A DNA stretch of 64,000 nt, taken from contig OY969702.1 of assembly GCA_963702055.1 (NCBI GenBank), positions 1,912,301-1,976,300 on the forward strand, read 5' to 3'. Below, piece after piece: positions 20,776 to 26,266 of this stretch. The notes below the pieces were generated by a model. That model ran no database searches. It was given only the letters and a program-made list of their open reading frames with translations, and was not told the DNA's origin. The stretch is from an uncultured Solirubrobacterales bacterium. Lineage in GTDB: Bacteria > Actinomycetota > Thermoleophilia > Solirubrobacterales > 70-9. The translations under genes were made by a program, and so were the position numbers. Within the stretch, counting starts at the first letter, position 1, and each line of letters opens with the position of its first letter.

Positions 20776-21040
20776 GGCCCCAGCGGCCTCGTGCCGTCGC
20801 CGATCTAGGCTCGACTCAACCCTCAGTTTCGAGACTGTCGAGGATGAGCTGGGTGGCGCGACCGGCATCCCGATCCGCGGCGAGATAGAGCGCCGCGTGC
20901 TCGGCCAGCTGCTGCGTGGAGACGCCTTGACGGTCGGCCTCCCGCTCAAACGAGCGCCAGACCTCGTCGTCGATGCTCAGCTTCAACTCCACCTCCTCCC
21001 CACCGGTCCCTTCTCCATTGCGCAGGAAGCCGGGGTACGG
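20776..21040. repeat. Direct repeat copy 2 (~265 bp), partner at 18925..19187
   Basis: Includes an orphan copy of the sigma-gene 3' end (..GLVPSPI-stop) with no sigma gene upstream. Confidence 0.85.
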
Positions 21041-21193
21041 CCAATCGGGCCGACCAGAGCCGCTTACGGGGTCACTGAGGTAAAAGCGGATGGCGCGAGC
21101 AACTCGAGTAGCCAAATGCTCTTCGGCGCCCTCTTCGCCTGCCAAGGCGGCGGCAGTGAACTTGCCGAATCTGAGGGTTACGTTCTGGGCCAT
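20816..21193 (-). CDS. Double RHH-like small protein (full-length paralogue)
   Basis: ATG 21193 follows GGGAGAAG. MAQNVTLRFGKFTAAALAGEEGAEEHLATRVARAIRFYLSD is unit 1 and EVELKLSIDDEVWRSFEREADRQGVSTQQLAEHAALYLAAD is unit 2. Confidence 0.5.
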   Translation of the reverse strand: MAQNVTLRFGKFTAAALAGEEGAEEHLATRVARAIRFYLSDPVSGSGRPDWPYPGFLRNGEGTGGEEVELKLSIDDEVWRSFEREADRQGVSTQQLAEHAALYLAADRDAGRATQLILDSLETEG

Positions 21194-21386
21194 AGGGGCT
21201 TCTCCCGCGGGAAGCACCCCAGCCGCTATGCCCACAGGTTTCCTCTCTTCCAATCCTGCGCCCCCCATGCCCGACATCGCAAGACCCTATACAAACTTCA
21301 TATCTGCATTACTAAAAATTCGCTGTTTAGCCAGCCGACTTTCTGATAAAGCCGAATGTGGGGACTCACCGGGGGCCGACAAGCCC

Positions 21387-22451
21387 TCAACCGCCGCAAA
21401 CCTCACATCCCGGCTCCGGCACAACCGGCTCGCGCTGGACCTCCATCGTCCGCAGGTCGCAGATGTGGGCGACGCCCAGGGTGGAGGGCGTGCTGAGGCC
21501 AGTCAGGTGGTGCAGGATCTCCATCCCCACCTGTCCGCCGATCAACCCGCAGGCGGGTCCCAGCGTGGCCGCGGGCGAGGGCTGGGCGCGGCGCTGGGCG
21601 ACCGTCGCGTCGAACAGGGGGTAGTCGCGGCGGTAGGCGGTCTCCTGGCAGGCGAAGCAGCCGGTCTGTCCCGGCACGTACAGCGGCCCGATCCTGGCCA
21701 CCGGTGGGAAGTGGCTCATCGTGATGTAGGGGATGGCGGCGGCGAAGCAGGCCGAGTTGACCCAGCGCTCGACGTCGTGGGCGGGCCAATCGGCGGCGTC
21801 CACCACCACTGTTGAGCCTTCGATGGCCGCGGCGATCTCGGCTTCGCTCTCCAGGCGCTTCGGCAACACCTCGAGTCGCATCGCCGAGTTGAAAGCCCGG
21901 AGGCGCTCGGCGGCGGCGGCCGCCTTGGGCTCGCCGAGGTCGGCCTCGGTGTAGAGGATCTGGCGGTTGAGGTTGCTGGCCTCGACCCGATCGCCGTCGA
22001 TCAAGACCATCTCGCCGATCCCGCAGCAGGCGAGCGCCCAGGCGGCCCATGCCCCCAGCCCCCCCACTCCGAACATCACGACCCGGGCGGCGCGCAGCCG
22101 TTCCTGGCACTCGGAGGGCGTCGGCCCGTCGGTGGCGACGTCGCTGAAGTAGCGCAGCTGGCGGTCGAAGCGAGCCAGCTCGCCCTCCTCCAGGCGGTCG
22201 TCGTCCGCCGCGTCCTCGACCAATCCCAGCTCGCCGAGGCCGGCCAGGGCCTCGCGCACGGCCCCGGGGCTGAACCGGCCGTCCAACTCGGCGCGGGGAC
22301 GGGTCCCGTCGAGGGATGCCAGCAGCAACCGCTGCTCGCGGTCGGGCCGCTCGATGCGAACGTCCGCGTCGGCGCTGGGGCGCAGCAGGAGGAGATCGCC
22401 GTCGGGCGACTCGATCAACTCGGTCGTGCGCTTCAGTCGCGGTCTGAGCAT
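21387..22451 (-). CDS. ThiF/MoeB-fold E1-like adenylyltransferase with a ~115-aa N-terminal extension, possibly peptide-binding (MccB/PaaA-type architecture)
   Basis: VVMFGVGGLGAWAAWALACCGIGEMVLIDGDRVEASNLNRQILY (nucleotide loop plus Arg/Asp), two CxxC pairs (GCFACQ, GCEVCGG), and an N-terminal extension LIESPDGDLLLLRP...LLASLDGTRPRAEL...LGELGLVED. Confidence 0.85.
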   Translation of the reverse strand: MLRPRLKRTTELIESPDGDLLLLRPSADADVRIERPDREQRLLLASLDGTRPRAELDGRFSPGAVREALAGLGELGLVEDAADDDRLEEGELARFDRQLRYFSDVATDGPTPSECQERLRAARVVMFGVGGLGAWAAWALACCGIGEMVLIDGDRVEASNLNRQILYTEADLGEPKAAAAAERLRAFNSAMRLEVLPKRLESEAEIAAAIEGSTVVVDAADWPAHDVERWVNSACFAAAIPYITMSHFPPVARIGPLYVPGQTGCFACQETAYRRDYPLFDATVAQRRAQPSPAATLGPACGLIGGQVGMEILHHLTGLSTPSTLGVAHICDLRTMEVQREPVVPEPGCEVCGG

Positions 22452-22481
22452 GGGCGGGGGTGACGACGCAAGACAGGGGCC

Positions 22482-22519
22482 GAGTCACCCCGGCCCGCTC
22501 AATCCGGGCCGGGGGACTC
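22482..22519 (-). terminator. Strong GC hairpin between peptide gene A1 and the E1 gene (attenuator/partial terminator or RNA-stabilising element)
   Basis: Transcript sense GAGUCCCCCGGCCCG-GAUUGAG-CGGGCCGGGGUGACUC: 15 bp stem with one bulged A. It is followed by UGUCUU, which is only a weak U-tract. Confidence 0.45.
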
Positions 22520-22530
22520 GGCGCTGCGGC

Positions 22531-22593
22531 TCAGGAAGCCTTAGTGACGGAGACCGCCGGGATGGCGCGCTCCTGCGTCTTGCTGATCTTCAC
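22531..22593 (-). CDS. Short peptide gene A1 (20 aa): MKISKTQERAIPAVSVTKAS; candidate precursor/substrate peptide
   Basis: GTG start lies 7 nt after GGGGGTGA (SD-like). The gene ends 80 nt upstream of the E1 gene. Paralogue at 24196..24255 with synonymous differences. Confidence 0.55.
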   Translation of the reverse strand: MKISKTQERAIPAVSVTKAS

Positions 22594-22723
22594 GCTGCTT
22601 CACCCCCTCCCATTCGTTCGCGATTGACTACTGCTAAAGACCCACCGATTACTCAAATTCGTTTCACTATTTAGATCGACGACCGTCTGAACGGCAATTA
22701 GGATCGACTGGCCAGGAACTTCT

Positions 22724-23347
22724 GTGCAAAACGCAACCGAAGGAGCCGGCGTGGCGCCTGCCGCTACACAAACGATCGATCAGAGGGTGGCGAAGGTGCT
22801 GACGCACCCTGTCCGCGTGCAGATCATGGCCATCCTCGACCAGCGTGTTGCCAGTCCAAACGAGATGGCCAATCAGCTTGGCGTCGGGCTGAGTCACGTC
22901 TCCTACCACGTCAAAGTCCTCAAGGAGTACGAGTGCATCGAGCTGGTCAAGACGCGGCAGCGGCGAGGTGCCGTCGAGCACTTCTACCGGGCGATCATGC
23001 GCCCCTACTTCAGCGACAGCGACTGGGGGCAGCTGCCGCGTTCGGCTCGACAGGGGATCTCCTCCGCCGTCGTGCAGATGATCGTCGAAGACGCGGTTGA
23101 GTCCCTGGACGCCGGATCATTCGACTCGCGCCCGGACCGCCACCTGAGCCGCTTGCCGCTGGTGATGGACGAGGAGGGGTGGGAGGAGTTGAACCAGCTT
23201 TTGAACGACCTGCTGGAGCAGGCCCTCGACCTTCAGGCCCGCTCCGCCTCCCGCATGGCCGAGGAGAAGACCGAAGGCATCACGTCGAAGCTGGCGCTCT
23301 TTCACTTCGAGTCGCCGGAGCCAAAAAAGAAAGCCCCCGCCAAATAG
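22724..23347 (+). CDS. ArsR/SmtB-family winged-helix transcriptional regulator with C-terminal extension
   Basis: KVLTHPVRVQIMAILDQRVASPNEMANQLGVGLSHVSYHVKVLKEYECIELVKTRQRRGAVEHFYRA. Confidence 0.8.
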   Translation: MQNATEGAGVAPAATQTIDQRVAKVLTHPVRVQIMAILDQRVASPNEMANQLGVGLSHVSYHVKVLKEYECIELVKTRQRRGAVEHFYRAIMRPYFSDSDWGQLPRSARQGISSAVVQMIVEDAVESLDAGSFDSRPDRHLSRLPLVMDEEGWEELNQLLNDLLEQALDLQARSASRMAEEKTEGITSKLALFHFESPEPKKKAPAK

Positions 23348-23383
23348 TTGAAATTATCTGAGCAATAGGGGAGGCTAGGGGGC

Positions 23384-24199
23384 GTGAGCGTCCTACCCGC
23401 CCCGACGACTGCCGCCGCTGAGAGCTACGACGAGCTGGCTCCGTTCTACGACGCGTTCACGTCCCACCACGACTACGAGGCCTGGACTCTCCACCTCGAG
23501 GCGGCGGCTCTGGACGCGGGGCTGGCCGGGCGGCGGATGCTCGACATCGCCTGCGGAACGGGTAAGAGCTTCCTGCCGTTCCTGGAACGCGGCTACGAGG
23601 TGACCGGCTGCGACGTCTCGGCGGAGATGCTCGCCGAGGCCGCCCGCAAGGCCCCCGAGGTGAGGTTGGAGCGCTGCGACATGCGCGACCTTCCGGTACT
23701 GGGCCGCTTCGACCTGGTGACCTGCCTCGACGATTCGCTCAATTACCTGCTGAGCGCCGAGGAGGTGGAGGCGGCGCTACGCGGCCTCGCCGCGAACCTG
23801 GCGCCGGGCGGCGTCTGCGTGTTCGACCTCAACACCCTCTCCGCCTATCGCACGACGTTTGCCGGCGACGCGGCGGTCGAGGACGGCGGCGCCTACCTCT
23901 TCTGGCACGGGGAGACCAGCGATGACGTGGCGGCGGGGTCGACGGCGCAGGCGACGATCGAGATCTTCGAGCCAACGCCCGATCGCCTCTACCGCCGGCG
24001 CAGGAGTCGTCACGTTCAGCGCCACTACCCGCCCGAGGCAGTGCTCGACTTGCTCGAGGCCGCCGGCCTCCGCTGCCTGGCCGTATATCGCCAGCTGATC
24101 GACGGCTCGCTCGAGCGCAGCGGCGCGGAGGAGTCGACCCACAAGTCGGTCTACGTCGTCGGGTTACGCGATGCAGAGGGGGGAGGTGAGACCAGGTGA
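23384..24199 (+). CDS. Class I SAM-dependent methyltransferase (small-molecule MTase fold)
   Basis: YDELAPFYDAF..MLDIACGTGKSFLPFLERGYEVTGCDVSAEMLAEA..RFDLVTCLDDSLNYL..LAPGGVCVFDL. Confidence 0.85.
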   Translation: MSVLPAPTTAAAESYDELAPFYDAFTSHHDYEAWTLHLEAAALDAGLAGRRMLDIACGTGKSFLPFLERGYEVTGCDVSAEMLAEAARKAPEVRLERCDMRDLPVLGRFDLVTCLDDSLNYLLSAEEVEAALRGLAANLAPGGVCVFDLNTLSAYRTTFAGDAAVEDGGAYLFWHGETSDDVAAGSTAQATIEIFEPTPDRLYRRRRSRHVQRHYPPEAVLDLLEAAGLRCLAVYRQLIDGSLERSGAEESTHKSVYVVGLRDAEGGGETR

Positions 24200-24255
24200 A
24201 GATCAGCAAGACGGAGCACGTCGTGCCGGCAGCTTCGATCACCAAGGCGGGCTAA
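24196..24255 (+). CDS. Short peptide gene A2 (19 aa): MKISKTEHVVPAASITKAG; paralogue of A1
   Basis: GTG overlaps the methyltransferase TGA (GTGA). GGAGGTGA lies 7 nt upstream, inside the MTase 3' end. The first 7 codons are nucleotide-identical to A1. Confidence 0.55.
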   Translation: MKISKTEHVVPAASITKAG

Positions 24256-24307
24256 CCGCAATAAGAGGGCGAACTCAAACTTAGCTGCTTTGCCAATCGC
24301 CGACGTA

Positions 24308-24329
24308 CGTTCCGCAATATGCGGGAACG
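24308..24329. terminator. Imperfect hairpin between convergent peptide A2 and the Fic gene
   Basis: CGTTCCGCA-ATA-TGCGGGAACG, with one bulge. Confidence 0.3.
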
Positions 24330-24332
24330 GTG

Positions 24333-25361
24333 TTAATTTTCCTTCGCCAATTCTGACTTGTGCCAGGCGGTATTCGGACCGCTGCCCCCCTTGCACCAAA
24401 TGGCCTGCTGATCGCGCAGCTCATGCAGCGCGTTGCGGATCGTTTTGTCGCTCATCCCGGGCAAGTTTGCGCGGATCTCGTCGAAGCGAAATTGCTCTGG
24501 AGCGGATTCCAACACCCAGCGCCGTACCCACTCTTGCTTGTTCACTCCTTTCGGTGGCTGTGCAAGCGCCAGGCGATCCTCGAATTCCTCGTGGGCGCTG
24601 AACAGGGCTGTGGTGAGAAACGTCGCCCAGGCCCAAATGCTGTGTTCTCCCCTCCCCCAGCCCTCCCGCGACTTGCGCAGGGCCTTCTTGTAGGCGTCGC
24701 GTCGCTCGCAGATCACCCGCCCGAGGCTCACGTACCGAAGGGCGCCGTAGTCATGGCGGTCCAGCTCCCGGTCGAGCAGGAGCAGCGCGACGCGCTCGTT
24801 GCCGCCAGCAAACGGCTCTATTGCGTGCAGGTCGAGGCTGAGGGCGGCGAGCAGCAGAATCGGGTGCGCGGCCTCACCCTCGTCGGCTTGCCCGTAGGAG
24901 CGCAAGAGGGATCTGAGCAACCGTTTGGCTCGCGGCGAAGGAGCTCGACTGGGATCGCCACCCCTTCGCCGGGCACCGGCTGATATTTCGTGCCCGTACA
25001 AGCGGTCGTGGAGCTCGATCGCGAGCTCTGGGGTCGGCGGACCGGGATCCTCATCGAGGATCAGGGCGTCGAAGGCGTCTCGGTACCCGGCAACTTCCCG
25101 CTCGCCCTGATTACGCAGCTGGGACTTCTCCATCCCGATCAGCCGCTCCGTGCGCTGCTTCGTCACCCTGAAGCCGGCGATCGCGTTCGAAGCCCAGATC
25201 GATTCGAGCCGCCTGCGGGCGGCGAGGTCTCCCAGTAGCCTCGCCGCTTGCGCGGGCCTGGCTTCGCTACGTCCTTTCGCCGCGTCGGCCTTGCAGAGCA
25301 GCACGCCGAGTCGCGGCGGCATCGCGCCGAAGGTCCTCTCGAGATCGTCAAAGCTGCTCAT
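24333..25361 (-). CDS. Fic-domain protein with degenerate active-site motif and C-terminal winged helix
   Basis: The Fic core position reads LHAIEPFAGGNERVALLLL, against the canonical HPFx(D/E)GNGRxxR. C-terminal DKTIRNALHELRDQQAIWCKG. Confidence 0.8.
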   Translation of the reverse strand: MSSFDDLERTFGAMPPRLGVLLCKADAAKGRSEARPAQAARLLGDLAARRRLESIWASNAIAGFRVTKQRTERLIGMEKSQLRNQGEREVAGYRDAFDALILDEDPGPPTPELAIELHDRLYGHEISAGARRRGGDPSRAPSPRAKRLLRSLLRSYGQADEGEAAHPILLLAALSLDLHAIEPFAGGNERVALLLLDRELDRHDYGALRYVSLGRVICERRDAYKKALRKSREGWGRGEHSIWAWATFLTTALFSAHEEFEDRLALAQPPKGVNKQEWVRRWVLESAPEQFRFDEIRANLPGMSDKTIRNALHELRDQQAIWCKGGSGPNTAWHKSELAKEN

Positions 25362-25774
25362 CGAGCTGCCACCCAGGGCGCAGTCAAAAAGCCCGCCGCC
25401 ATTTCATCGAAGACGACGGGCGTGGCAGGGCAGCGATTAACTGCCTGGGCGGATTCTAAATTCTCCGCAGTTTGCGGGGACCTCCCACTTGGGCCCTGGC
25501 ACCCACCTCGACCAGGCGCTAGGTTGCGCTCTGCGACCGGGAGAGAGCGGGGCCGCGGAAGCCAAGCGGCTCTCGATCTCGAAGGTGGCGCGACGAGCTT
25601 CAAGGCACGAAGGCTACGTGTCAGGCAGGCGACGGGCGCCATCACCGGTCGCTTTTTCGTGCCGCGAGGGGACGCGTTGGGATCGCGGGTGAGCCGACGC
25701 TGTGTTTCGCACTCTCCACTTTGTCCGGAAGCCGCCCCGAGCCTGGCAGCGGAAGGAACGGCCTACAAGGCGCC

Positions 25775-25860
25775 GCTTCGCGGGCCTCGCTGACGCGCCC
25801 TCGCTAAGGCTCGGGTTCCGGCCTTCCCTATCCGCTGCCCTTCGGTTCGGCGACTTCCGT
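25775..25860 (+). repeat. Diverged third copy of the ~85-bp intergenic repeat (see 45351 and 46731)
   Basis: cttcgcgggcctcgctgacgcg...ggccttccctatccgctgcccttcggtt aligns loosely with the other two copies. It lies ~20-30 nt upstream of the 25882 start. Confidence 0.3.
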
Positions 25861-25881
25861 CAACAAGTTGAGGAGGACGCG

Positions 25882-26202
25882 ATGAGCGCCACGGCAATTC
25901 AGTGCAAGCCCGGCCGACCGTGTGAGGTTGGCCGCTACCGAGCCGACGATCAGGAACGGATGCTGGTCGGCCGTCGCATCGACGGCGTGGTCCACGTCTT
26001 CGATTACCCCGCCGACGGCAAGGGACGCCGTTACTTCGTTGAGGCTGGTTTCGACTCCAAGGCTGAGCTGGCGGTTCTGCTCGCCGATTACCGCCGCCAA
26101 GCGAACCGACTTGGCGCCTGCCCGATGAGCCGCGAGGCGATCGAGCGAGCGTTCGTGCTGGCTCCTGCGGAGCCGATCCCTCCCCAGGTTCGCACGCCCT
26201 GA
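25882..26202 (+). CDS. Hypothetical small protein
   Basis: ATG 25882 follows AGGAGGA (25871-25877). The long upstream extension of ORF 25702 is Arg-rich and overlaps the repeat. Confidence 0.5.
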   Translation: MSATAIQCKPGRPCEVGRYRADDQERMLVGRRIDGVVHVFDYPADGKGRRYFVEAGFDSKAELAVLLADYRRQANRLGACPMSREAIERAFVLAPAEPIPPQVRTP

Positions 26203-26266
26203 CGGGCGTGCGTGGGGCTCGGGAATCGGCCCCGCAGTGGGCGGGGCCCTCCGTGAAAGGACGGCA

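Noticed and set aside
22531-22593. Interpreting the small peptides as canonical microcin C (MccA-type) precursors
   Set aside because: MccA-type peptides end in Asn, which is required for succinimide formation and the N-P linkage. These end in Ser and Gly. No MccC-type exporter or MccE/F immunity genes are nearby. I therefore kept only the architectural analogy and not the microcin C call.
22354-22674. Track ORFs 22354..22674 (+) and 24151..24399 (-), which share a ..LADLH..SPPP.. segment
   Set aside because: The shared segment is simply the antisense translation of the two paralogous peptide genes plus their SD regions. The rest of both ORFs is Arg/Ser-rich with no start context.
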